Notes: generated from the sequence alone by a model not told the origin. DNA of 64,000 nucleotides from Octopus sinensis (GCF_006345805.1 NC_043005.1:48856001-48920000); one strand, 5' to 3'. Shown: positions 13,502 through 26,030, counted from the first letter of the stretch. Numbers and translations are program-made.

Positions 13502-14027
13502 TATAATATATATATATATATATATAATATATATATTATATATATACACACATATATTTCTATATTGAGTGTTAGTGTGAAACGTAGCTAGCTGACTGCT
13601 GTGAATGGATAAAAACACAATTACTTATAATGTGTAATGTGTGTGTTGTATGTATGTATGTGTGTGTGTGTGTGTGTGTGGTGTGTGTGAGAGAGAGAGA
13701 GAGACATGATGTGACTTTTACATATTAATTGGAACTTTCCCATTTCATTAAAACCTTTCACTACAGTAGCTCGCTTGTCCACACTGTAAATGTGCAATGA
13801 GCTGTAACATGTGAGTAACGAACCATAAACATGAAATACACCTTGAGTATGCCTTCGTTTCCACTTAGTATAACATAAACTAAAGAGTACAAAATTGCTG
13901 ACAAACATAATTAATTGCATAGATATATAATTATATATATGTAATTATTACATACACAGATACATAGATACATACATATATATATTTTTATGTATATATA
14001 ATATATATATACACAATATATATATAT

Positions 14028-14076
<49 letters not shown>

Positions 14077-14492
14077 ATTTGTAAAAGAAGAATAAGAAAA
14101 AAGAAGGGAAATTAATGGAGCATTAGTTATAGATTTTCACATGATATGTAGTCGAATTAATTTAGGAAATAAATGGTATGAAATACATTAGCAGACAATT
14201 TTTGAGTAAATTGTTTCTAATATCTTAATGAGTTTTAATGATTAACTTACATTCAACTAAAAGTGTTCCATTCTTTTATGAGAAAATCTAGGAACAAAAT
14301 CTACAAGAATTCATTCACAAAACATATATATGCATATATATGCATATATATATATATATATATATATATGTGCGTGTGTGTGTATGCATATAAATTTATA
14401 TAAATAAGGATAAGATCATTAATTTAAAATCTAAATAACGATCTTATCAAGTGGCCAGCATGGAAATAAAAACCTTCAAAGGTAATAATTAC

Positions 14493-14763
14493 TATTGAAA
14501 TTAATAATTTAGGGTATCTATGAGATACTACCACGCTGAAAATAGCAGTCAAAATCTGACTCTAAAATGAACATTTAATGTGGTTTTAGAGTCAGGTTTT
14601 GACTGCTATTTTCAGTGTAGTGGTATCTCTTAGATACCCTAAATTATAATTTTAATATATTATATATATATAATGTAGTTTTAGAGTCAGGTTTTTGACT
14701 GCTATTTTCAGCATGGTGGTATCTCTTAGATACCCTAAATTATAATTTTAATATATTATATAT
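14493..14763. repeat. Fold-back with ~80-bp arms and a tandemly duplicated right arm
   Basis: 14493-14575 is inverted relative to 14576-14657, and 14671-14763 is a direct copy of the right arm. Confidence 0.88.
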
Positions 14764-14859
14764 ACATAAAAGAAACTTGTTGGTTAAGGCTAGAACAATG
14801 TGAGATGAGATATAAAGTAAACACAAAAAGAAAGCTAAACAAAGTTGGAGTATTATTAT

Positions 14860-15290
14860 GTTTTCCATGTTTCGGAGTTATGACCTCTTCTTCAGGACAA
14901 GTGAGAAGTGAGAGATGGAGAAAGGTTGATGCTCAGATGGGCAGGAGGCAGGATGGTGACATGAGCCAATTGGTATTGCTATAGTGACTAGTCTGCTTCA
15001 AGTAGCTCTTTTCTGTTACTTATAGCTAGTCTCAATTTGTTGACAAAGGAGAGAGTTCATGATTTTGAGAATGACTCTATTGCATTGAGTGGTCTGGATG
15101 GATACTGCAAAATCCTGAGTCTGGCACTTTTGATGGTGATTTTCAACTGAAGTCTCTATGCATATGTGTATCATGCTGCAGATGTGCAGATTCCTGGTGC
15201 TGCTTCCAATATAGGACGCCCAACATTCACTGCAGACTAACTTTTATACTACATAGGCCAATTGGGGTCCATGTGACCCATATAAGATTT
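14860..15290 (-). mobile_element. Penelope-like element 3' remnant: GIY-YIG endonuclease fragment and decayed hammerhead
   Basis: Minus strand reads YVV*KLVCSECWASYIGSSTRNLHI, matching the PLE VVY-x3-C-x2-C-x3-YIG-x2-TR pattern. Downstream lies CTGAAGA-AGAG..CTCC-GAAACATG (~14866-14895). Confidence 0.7.
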
Positions 15291-15734
15291 TGATGCTAAA
15301 ATTTATTGGCAATAAATTGGTTGTACTCCTACAAACACAAAATATTTTAACAATGGTTTTTTGTACAATTCCTAATAATATTTAATCATAAAAATATAAC
15401 AAGATTTTTGAAACATCAAATAGTTCTGAGTGTCCATCTGAGTAAAATAAGAACCAAAGGTGTTCATAGGTGAAAAAAAAAAAAAATGGTTGAAAACCAG
15501 ACATAGGCAGGCCCTGAAGCACAATAAAGTATTTATATTATAGAATGGATCACAGTTGGTTTTCACCATGAGGGTTCTGTTGTTTACTAAACTGAAGACC
15601 CTGCTCATTGAATATACATGTAAGTGGCAGAGTATTCCACAGACATGTGCACACTGAACATAATTCTCACATTGACTCCGTATGATACAGTGTGTCTTTT
15701 AAAATTACAGATGCAATCAATCTAACAAGCTTCA

Positions 15735-15880
15735 ATACAGTTTCCATCTATTCAATTATACTTACAAGATTTGGGTCAATGTGAGGCTACTGAAAATTAC
15801 TCTCACCAAAGATGCCCAGCTGTAGTATTGAACCTGGTACTTTATTACGACTGAGCAAGCTGCTTAACCATTTGGTCATA
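15735..15880 (-). mobile_element. Degenerate 5' part of SINE family A
   Basis: cagtttccatcta...tcaatgtgaggctact...attgaacctgg is similar to the family A head. Confidence 0.55.
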
Positions 15881-15929
15881 CTCTGTATACAAGTAAACAT
15901 ATATATTTATGATATCTGTATGAGTACAT

Positions 15930-15994
<65 letters not shown>

Positions 15995-16526
15995 TACATA
16001 TAAATATATATATGTATATAGATGGATAATGTGTATGTATGATATTATCTATGCAAAATATAAGATACATACTACATAATATAAAACAATTTTCAGTTTT
16101 AATTTTCAGTAGATATTTATTTATATTGCCTGTATAAATTATTTTCTGTTGCCTGAAGAAACCATCTTAGAATATAAGAGAATATCATTTAATTTCATTG
16201 CACCATCCTACTACATCTGATATGTTAGAAATAAAAGACTACAGGAATAATATTTTCAAAGAGCTAAATAAACCAATGTAATTTCAGATCAAGATGACGG
16301 TAAATTAATGATGCAAAGCTCTAAAATTCAAATCTAAGTTATCTGAAATGATGATAAATTAGAAAGTCTGATGCTAATTTCTTGTCTTTGAAAATAAAAG
16401 ACTTTCTGGCACTTAAGTTTTCTATTTAGCTATTTCATTATTTATTAATTTTTTTAGTACTTTGCAAGTACTTTTTTAGTACTTTATATCTCTCTCTATT
16501 TCTCCCTCTCTCTTCATATGTATGTA

Positions 16527-17450
16527 TTGGATCATCCCATAAATAATGTGGCTTTTTCAATTGCATGAACTAAAAGTCGGAGGGGGTGGGATAAACTACC
16601 TGCATCGACTTGCTATAGAAGAAAGTAGTAATTTTACCTTGTACTTATTCTTAGTGCAAGTTTTGAAAAGTGCAGTTCGATTTTAACAGTTACTTTTTCA
16701 AAGTTATAATGGAAGTGACAAAGGAGCATATTTGGTATATTTTGCTTTATGAGTTCAATAAAGGCAAGAACACAAGAGAAAGTGTGAGGAATATTAACGC
16801 AGTATATGGGGATCAGGTATTAAGCATAACCCAGTGTCAATGGTGGTTCCAGAAATCCCAAACCAGAAACTATAGCCTAGAAAACGAGCCTCATCCTGGT
16901 AGATCTGTAGAGCTCAAGAAGGACATCTAGTAAACCCTGGTGGAACAAAATCCCATCGTAACTGTTGAGGAACCAGCAGAGAAGCTTGGATTTGGTCATT
17001 TAAACATTCATTGACACCTGCACTAGAAGAAAAACAGCCATCTATGGGTTCAAGACAAAAGGTGTTCTTCCATCAGGATAATGCTCAGCCACATACAACG
17101 AGGATGTCATTCCAAAGGCTGGAGCAGTTTGAATGAGAAATGATGCCCCACCCACCATATTTGCTGGACATTGCCCAATCTGATTATCATTTATTCTGCA
17201 GCCTTCAATATATTTTGGACAGAAAATATATGAATTCTGTAGAAGAGGTGAGAACAGTACAGGAGGAGTATTTTTCAACGCAAACAAGTGAATTTTTGAA
17301 GAGAGGCCTTGCAAGTCTACCAAATAGATGAAAGAGCATTATAAAAAAATGAAGGAGAGTATATTTTAGATTAAAAAAGAATTTTGTTTATCTTAATTTT
17401 GAAAAATAAAAGAAGTATAAAAAGACCACATTATTTATAGGATGACCCAA
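16527..17450 (+). mobile_element. Mariner DNA transposon, internally deleted and pseudogenised
   Basis: ~31-bp TIRs (ttggatcatcccataaataatgtgg / ccacattatttataggatgacccaa) with TA duplications at 16525-26 and 17451-52. Transposase remnants: MEVTKEHIWYILLYEFNKG..WWFQK..ENEPHPGR, HQDNAQPH and HPPYLLDIAQSDYHLF. Confidence 0.95.
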
Positions 17451-17970
17451 TATGTATGTATGTATAATAGTGTATGTATGTATAATAACAGAATAATAGT
17501 GATAATACAACAGATAGGGAAGGATGAGAGAGTGATGGGGAAGACAGACAAACAAGGAGTGAGGGAGAGGGTGGTGTTGTATAGGTTGGTAGGTTGCAAG
17601 GATGTACTGGGGGAATGGCAAGGGTAGTGCATGAGATGAGTGAGAGCGGTATGATGGGTGAACGAGAGATAATTGGGTGTCTCAGAGCAGATGATCAATG
17701 TAAAATTGCTGTTGGTAAGGAGAGCATTAAAGCCGAATGATGGATATCAAGAGAAATGGTTCCAAGTTGTGAGAAAGATATATGGTATTAAAAAAAGAGC
17801 TGCAGTTAGAATAATGATATGTTGTGGGGAAATCTTGATGAGAAAGCTGGATGAAGGGCACAGCTTAGTATATACATATATATATATATATATAATTTCA
17901 ACAATTGAGGGTAAAATTAATTAATTAATTAATCAATTTCACCAAGTATATATATATATATATATATAAC

Positions 17971-18960
17971 TTGGAAAAAAGAAGGTACTCAGAAATCTGG
18001 ATGGTTGTACATGTACAGATTTTTCGTAATATGTCACATGTTTATATAAATCATACATTAGCGCTTGCATCTACTCTAGTAGATTTGAATTTTTGAGGGG
18101 ATTCGTCTCTTTTTATAGTATTATTGAGTGTGTAGGGGTGGAAAGAGATATAGGATAGTAAAAAAGGGTGCGGAATGGGGAGAAACTGAGAGAGAGTGTG
18201 TATGTTAGTGTGTGTGTGTGCCTGTGTATCTGAAAAGAGAAGGAAAAAAGAAGGAAAAGAGAAAAGAAAAAATTGTGTTTACATCTATACAGCTGGTCAG
18301 CACTTTTAATAGAAAGTGATGAATTGATTCTTGGCCTTTAAAGATGGCAAAACCAGGTGACTGCACACAGAGTGCTATGCATATATGTGCATATACATAA
18401 ATAGAAACAACCTTACATCCAGATTTTCCAACCCATACCAGCATGGGAATCAAACATTGGACAAGGATGATGATGATAATAAAGCCAAACAATTTTTTGA
18501 AAAATAACTTTTATTAACCAACTTGTCATCTTCAATTGAAAGAACTGAAAAGCTGTATAGATGTAAACACAATTTTTTTCTTCTTCCTTTCTTCTTTCTC
18601 TTTCTCATTGACACTTCTTTCAGATACACAGGCACACACACACACACACACACATGCCACATACCGCCCCCCCAAAAAAAAACCACGAACACACATTCTC
18701 TCTCACACACAAACACACACACTCTCTCTCACTTTCTCCCCATTCAAGACCCTCTTTTACTATCCCTATATCTCTCTCCACCCCTACACACTCAATAACA
18801 CTATAAAAAGAGACGAATCCCCTTAAAAAAAATTCATATCTGAAGAATTTGCAAAAGTAGATGCAATCAATAATACATGATTTATAAAAACATGTGACAT
18901 ATTAATAAAAATCTGTAAATGGACAACCATCCAGATTTCCGAGTACCTTATTTTTTCTAA
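17971..18960. repeat. Large inverted repeat (arms ~17971-18322 and ~18526-18960)
   Basis: For example, aaggtactcagaaatctggatggttgt pairs with acaaccatccagatttccgagtacctt, and aattgtgtttacatctatacagct with agctgtatagatgtaaacacaatt. Confidence 0.9.
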
Positions 18961-18990
18961 TATATAATACCTGTACATCACCTCCAGACC

Positions 18991-19049
<59 letters not shown>

Positions 19050-19061
19050 ATGGCTGTGTGG

Positions 19062-19225
19062 AGGCGCAGGAGTGGATGTGTGGTAAGTAGCTTGCTAACC
19101 AACCACATGGTTCCAGGTTCAGTCCCACTGCGTGGCATCTTGGGCAAGTGTCTTCTGCTATAGCCCCGGGCCGACCAATGCCTTGTGAGTGGATTTGGTA
19201 GACGGAAACTGAAAGAAGCCTGTCG

Positions 19226-19257
<32 letters not shown>

Positions 19258-19262
19258 CATAT

Positions 19263-19328
<66 letters not shown>

Positions 19329-19550
19329 AGTGTGTGTGTATGTGTTTCTGTGTTTGTCCCCCTAGCCTTGCTTGACAACCGATGCTGGTGTGTTTACGTC
19401 CCCGTCACTTAGCGGTTCGGCAAAAGAGACCGATAGTATAAGTACTGGGCTTACAAAGAATAAGTCCCGGGGTCGATTTGCTCGACTAAAGGCGGTGCTC
19501 CAGCATGGCCGCAGTCAAATGACTGAAACAAGTAAAAGAGTAAAGAGAGA
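19062..19550 (+). mobile_element. Full-length SINE family A with internal (TA)n
   Basis: Degenerate A/B boxes (tggatgtgtgg, ggttcagtccc), central ccttgtgagtggatttggtagacggaaactgaaagaagcc, and tail cagcatggccgcag...tgaaacaagtaaaagagtaaag. Confidence 0.9.
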
Positions 19551-19779
19551 GTATATACACGGGAGTATGTGTTTATCATGTGCTTGTTTCTCGCCGCTTG
19601 ACAACTTGTGTAGGTATGTTTACAATTCCGTAAATGAGCTTGAAATAAATAGTGGAGTGGATTTGATTTCGACTAACCCCATTAAGACAACCTAGCATAG
19701 TTGCAATTGGCCGAATGAATCAAGTGATAGAATGAAAGTAAAAACAGAACAATATGTGTGTACGTTGATATCTTCTGTC

Positions 19780-19926
19780 GTGTGTCGACTACGGAAGTAA
19801 GCAACATGAAAAAACGGGAAGGCCCTCGAAGCCTCCCTTTCTCCATCAAGTTACACAGGTTTCCGTATCACTCCCAAAGTCAGAAATGTCGTGACCCACA
19901 GACTGACCTGTGTGAATCTTGTAAGT
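19780..19926 (+). promoter_or_regulatory. Candidate alternative promoter/first exon of hb (ATG 19806, donor 19920/19921)
   Basis: Unique CpG-retaining segment with a CGGAAGT (ETS-like) motif, gcaacATG, 38 open codons plus 1 nt, then GTAAGT. The phase matches exon B. Confidence 0.4.
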
Positions 19927-21088
19927 AAAGTCATCATTCTTTATCAGTTGAGATATAGAGCAAACGAACGAATTTAAATTTTATATAACGGGGTAACTAT
20001 TGAATCAGTAACCAAAGAATTATGAGTTCAAACTCTATTGAGATCTTCGATATAGTCATCATTTAATATAACCAGTATCATACAGTCCTTCATTAAGTTG
20101 TAAATACCCATTCAGATTCCTCACATAAAACCTGTGCTGATATAAATCTGAAGATAAACGAAGTGCTATAACGTAAGGCAAATACTTTATTGTAGTTTAG
20201 TGAATAGATTTCGTATATGAAAATATATCTTATCTTGCTACGGTATTGAAAGTGTTTTCTATAAATATATATTTTATATGGGAAAGGTAATCGACTATAA
20301 AATAGATATCTTTGCTTATTTATCTTTTGTTTCATCTTTTTGGAGACGCTATCAAATTGACATTTTTATCTTCAAAAGTAGTTTTCTATTCATACTGGTC
20401 CTGTCCAAAACAAAATTAATTAGTATTGTCTAATAAGTTACCTAATTTTTAAATGAATAGTTAAATAATTAAATAAGCACTTTAAAAATTACATAAACAA
20501 GTAAGTTAAATACAAATGAATTTAAAAAAGAAAAACACAAATTAATTTACGAACATATTGGTAATTTTAATATAAATGGAATATATTTAGATTATGGGAA
20601 ATCCAAATTTCTTTCGGAGTTTTATTTCCGCTTGACAATTAACAAAACTTGAAAATATTCTTTGCTTTACTGAAACAAAGTTTACAAACAAATATTCGAA
20701 GAATACTCTTATTTTTTCACGAGAAACAAAGTGCTTTTCCAAGAACTAAAACTCAATTTTGCTTGAATCAACCTAACAGGATCAGTATTGTAAGGGAGGT
20801 AACTCTGCGCTCACTTTCCCAAGCTGCACAGATGATCCACGTTTAGCAGACGCCTACCCGCTGTTCTTCAATAAACTATGTACTTATAAGTCTGCTAGTT
20901 TAATTAACTGTTATATAGGAAACTTAAAACGTAAACGATTCAAGTCATAAAACAATTAAACTAGCATAATATTGTGGTAAGATATAAAAAATTTTTAATA
21001 AATTACTAATGCGTGAGTCAATATCATACTTTATAGTTTGTATACGTGAGTTTATGTATGCAGCTTTATCTACCTACCTATCTCTCTA

Positions 21089-21159
<71 letters not shown>

Positions 21160-21451
21160 GTCTGTCTGTCTGTCTGTCTGTTTATCTGTCTGTCTGTCCG
21201 TGTGTGTGTGTGTGTTTCCATGCACGTATATATTACCATGTATGTATATTTGTATGTATTTTTGTACTCTTTCTCTTTTTAATTTCATTAAATTTTGACC
21301 AATCACCTGTTTGGTAGTAAGGTTGTAAAAGAAAGCATCTTGTTTGTTTATCATCCTTTAAATCTTAAGAAGGTTTTGCAGATTTTTATTGTTTCATATA
21401 ACGTGTATGTATGAATTTATGTATATATAAATACATATACATATATATATA

Positions 21452-21502
<51 letters not shown>

Positions 21503-21515
21503 GCATCTGTATATT

Positions 21516-21548
<33 letters not shown>

Positions 21549-22189
21549 ATATATATTACACACACATATATGTACATATATATATATATCTTTATATATA
21601 TATATATGTATGTATATATGTATTTATATATATATGTGTTTATATATGTATGCATATATATATAATATATATATATATATATGTATGTATATATATATGA
21701 ATATATGTATGTAAATATGTATGCATGTATAATATATATGTATATATATATGTATATATATGTATATATATATATATGCATGTATATATGTATATATGTA
21801 TGTATATATATATATATATATATATATGTATGCATGTATATATATATAAATGTGTGTGTGTGTGTGGATGTATATATGCATGTGTATATATTATATTATA
21901 TGATATATATATGTATGTATATGTATGTATATATGTATATATTTATATATATATATATATGTGTGTGTGGTGTGTGTGTGTGTATATATACGTATGTATA
22001 CATGTATTTATTTATGTATATATTATGTATGTATATATATTATATATATGTGTGTATTATATATATATATATGTGTGTGTGTATGTGTGTATTTATACAC
22101 ACACACAGACATACTTATACACTCATATATGTAAGTACAGACATAGTGTTGGTTTTTGTTTACATCCTGTATAAGAGTAGTTTGGCAAA

Positions 22190-22830
22190 AGTTCTGGATT
22201 ATTTGGTGACAGATCTAGTCAATTGCATCGATTCCAGGGCTAAACCAGTTCTTATTTCATCAATCCTGACAGAATGAAAGTCAAACTTGACAGAATTTGA
22301 ACACAGAACATGTAAAGATAGATGAAACACTGCTAAGCATTTTTGCCCAGTGTGCTAGCGATTTTGCCAGCTCACCACCATAGTAATAATAATAATAATA
22401 ATAATAATTTTCATTTCTTTACTACCCACAAGGGGCTAAACATAGAAGGGACAATCAAGGACAGCCAAACTGATTAAGTCAATTACATCGACCCCAGTGC
22501 ATAACTGGTACTTAATTTATCGACCCTTGAAAAGATGAAAGGCAAAGTCGACCTCGGCGGAATTTGAACTCAGAATGCAGCGGCAGACGAAATACTGCAA
22601 AGCATTTCGCCTGGCGTGCTAACGTTTCTGCCAATAATAATAATAATTCTTTTATTTACAACTAAAGGTTCACAAATGTGTGGTTGCATAATAATAATAA
22701 TAATCCTTTCTACTAAAGGCACAAGGCCTAAAATTTTTGGGGAGGTGACTAGTCGATTATATCAACCCCAGTGTTTTACTGGTCCTTATTTCATCAACCC
22801 CGTAAAAGATGAAAGGCAAAATCAACCTCA
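22190..22830 (-). mobile_element. Cluster of three SINE family B copies
   Basis: Reverse-complement cores such as tggtacttaatttatcgaccc...gatgaaaggcaaagtcgacctcggcggaatttgaactcagaa. Confidence 0.85.
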
Positions 22831-22976
22831 GATGGGGGTTACATAATAATTATAATAATAATACCATGAAATAACCATAACAATGATAATTTTAATTGCC
22901 AAATGATAAATAAAATAGTAATAATGATAATAATAATAAAATAACAGTAGAACCACACCTACAAGAAGAAGAAGAG

Positions 22977-23012
<36 letters not shown>

Positions 23013-23410
23013 AGTCTGCACGTGCGTGTTATTGGTTCAGCATAAAGGTATGAAACTCCTCTCTTCAATTTTCTAAACAGAAATATCAGAGTCAGTGACC
23101 ACTTTTCAAAGTACCAATCGTTATTGTGGCACTCTTCCAAATGAAGAAATATTTGAACAACTTCGACAATGCCATGTTTATCACACATCTTGTCGACATT
23201 AACATCGGAATTGCAGGATGTAATTACATCACAGAATTCTTCAAAGGAGGAACCATACTATACTATAGTGTACTACTATACTTAACCATTCTTAGGAGGT
23301 ATTCTTATGGCATCATGATTTCAAAAGAATCGGCCTTTGTAAATATAATTACACTAATATTTATATTATATATATATATATATATAATATATATATATAT
23401 ATATAATATA

Positions 23411-23487
<77 letters not shown>

Positions 23488-23692
23488 ATGTATATATATA
23501 TATATATAATATATATATATATTATATATATATACATATATATACATATACATACATAATGGTATATGCGTGTGTTTGTATAATGTATACATATATGTAT
23601 ATATATACATACACACACACATAATATGCATATATATATATACACACGTGCATGCATGCATGTGTGTGTTTTTATATGCATATATGTATGTA

Positions 23693-23726
<34 letters not shown>

Positions 23727-23839
23727 ATGGCATACCATTTTAGATAATCAAGAGATATACAAGGTGAATGAAAGAATTAGGCACTGAAATATTGATTAAA
23801 TCATTACTGTACTTAAGCGCTAGATAATCTTCAATGCAA

Positions 23840-24210
23840 AACACGGTTACAAGGCTGGAACTTCCATATGTCTAACACCTGTGGGCATGCCTACCAAATG
23901 ATAAAAGCAATACAACACCCATAACTTTCAGAAACATTTTTTCTCACACTCAGAATTGCTGAAACATGGAATAAACTACCCACATCAGTTGTTAGCTGTC
24001 GAGACACTACACTTTCAAAACTTCCATACTTCACAAAAATCTCCACCAGTACACCTGATGTGTCTCCCCACAATCCCAACTTTTTTTTAAATAACTCATT
24101 CACCGTTCACTTTCTGTGCATTATTCTGTGTCCTGTTTGTGCACTTTTGACTAGTTTTTCATAGGTGTTGTAGTGCACCTGAGCACTGTGTACTATAAGT
24201 TCATTATTTT
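23840..24210 (+). mobile_element. CR1/L2-type LINE 3' end fragment
   Basis: Encodes a frameshifted remnant resembling FF-x-LRIAETWNKLPTSVVSC (FFxxRxxxxWNxLP motif), followed by a 3'UTR. Confidence 0.7.
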
Positions 24211-24559
24211 TTTTTTTTTCTTTTGGAAATTGGTGAGAATGGTTAAATTTATCCCAATCACTTGACGGGTACTTTATTTTATTGACCCTAGAAAACTGAA
24301 AAGCAAATCTAACATTTGCATGATTTGAACTATCTAGAATGAATATCTTACAAAGTGTTTTGTCCAATTCTTTAAATTTCATTAATTTATAATAGAAGTA
24401 CAAAGTGATAATTTCAGGACAATAAGATACTCAAAACATCATGTATTTTATACACACCCTGATGCATTATAGCATTAAGTTTATACACACCTCTGATGCA
24501 TTATAGCAAGAATTCTCAGCCACTAGATTGTGAACTAGATGTATGTTTAATAATAGTAA

Positions 24560-24795
24560 TAATAATGAAATTATTGTATACAGTGCTCAAGTGCACCACA
24601 ACTTGTCAAAAGTGTGTATAAACCATATGCAGTAATGTACAAATGTCTGGGAAGTGAACAGTGCATGAGTCAGATACATGCTTGCATGTGTATGGAGGGG
24701 AAAAAATCAGATGTAGTGTTGGTGAATCTCAGGAAGCATGGAAGTTTTGAAGGATGCAGTGCTCTGACAACTAACAACTGATGCCAGCAGATTGT
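24560..24795 (-). mobile_element. Second, inverted copy of the same CR1/L2-type 3' end
   Basis: tacagtgctcaagtgcaccacaac and gacaactaacaactgatg are reverse complements of segments at 24166-24190 and 23984-24000. Confidence 0.7.
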
Positions 24796-25029
24796 TCTGG
24801 GATGCACAGAAAGAATGGATTTTAAAATTTTATTCCATTTCATTGACTATAGTAGTCTGCTGAATGTTTTTGCATTATATATGTATTAAATATGTAATAA
24901 TTAAACTATGAGTTATGCACTTTGTGCTTTGTTATGCATGTGATCCCTTGGCCCTTAGAAAAATTGTCTTGTATGAAACTGGTCGGTGATGCAAAAAACG
25001 TTGGGGACTGTTGTGTTATAAGAATCAAC

Positions 25030-25587
25030 GGCAATGTTTCGGTTGTCGTAGCACACGTTTCCGTCAATTTCCTCCGTCGATTTCCGTAAAAAACTTTTAT
25101 TTTTTTACATAAGTAATGAGAGCGAAAGAGACTAAGAGGAAGCGATTTTATGACGAGGAAATTTCTCTTTGAAGTCCCCGTGTGTGTGTTTGATGGGGTG
25201 TGGGAGACAGACAGACAGACAGTATGTTGTGTAAGTGAAGTGCTTCTGTTAGTGTGTGTGAAGGGACAGAGAGAGTAATGTGTGAAAGAGAGAGATAACT
25301 GAAATTTTTTACTCGGTGTATGTGTATATGTATGTATGCATGTATGTGTGTATGTATCTATGTATGTGTGTGTGTGTATGTATCTATGTATGTGTGTAAG
25401 TATGTATGTGTGTATGTATCTATGTATGTGTGTGTGTGTGTGTAAGTATGTGTGTGTGTATGTATGTGTGTATGTATGTATGTATGTATGTATGTATGTA
25501 TGTATGTATGTATGTATGGCCGATTCAGTGTTTACATTTTTTACGGAAATCGACGGAAACATGTGCTACGACAACCGAAACATTGCC
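25030..25587. repeat. CpG-rich ~50-64 bp inverted repeat enclosing ~440 bp (MITE-like or fold-back)
   Basis: ggcaatgtttcggttgtcgtagcacacgtttccgtc (from 25030) pairs with gacggaaacatgtgctacgacaaccgaaacattgcc (to 25587). Confidence 0.8.
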
Positions 25588-25844
25588 ATATCAACTCCAG
25601 TATTTCTCTGTATCTCCATTTTCTCCATCTCTTTGTCAGAATTGATAAAGATGGACAAAATGGCTTGCAGCATTGAATTACATCCCTTTGCATCCTGAAT
25701 TCAAATCGTTTGGAGATCAACTTAGGCTTTTAGTCCTTAACCCTTTTGCTGTCACATTTCTGTTGAAATACACATCATTTGTTTCAATTAATTTTGAAAG
25801 TAATGAAGAATTTATTAAGCTAGTGTTTGCAACATTAATTGATT

Positions 25845-26030
25845 TCAAATTTTGGCACAAGGCCAACAAAGTTGGGGAATGGGGTGAGTCAATTACAACA
25901 GCCCCATTGCTTGATTGGTATATATTTTATCAACCCTGAAAGGATGAAAGGCAGAATTTGAACTCAGAACAAGATGGACAACATGCCACTAAGCATTTTG
26001 CCTGGCGTGTTAATGATTCTGCCAGCTTGC
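25845..26030 (-). mobile_element. SINE family B
   Basis: caaccctgaaaggatgaaaggcagaatttgaactcagaac...ctaagcattttgcctggcgtg. Confidence 0.8.

Noticed and set aside
19372-19695. 107-aa ORF with complex-looking sequence
   Set aside because: It is read through the 3' half of SINE family A.
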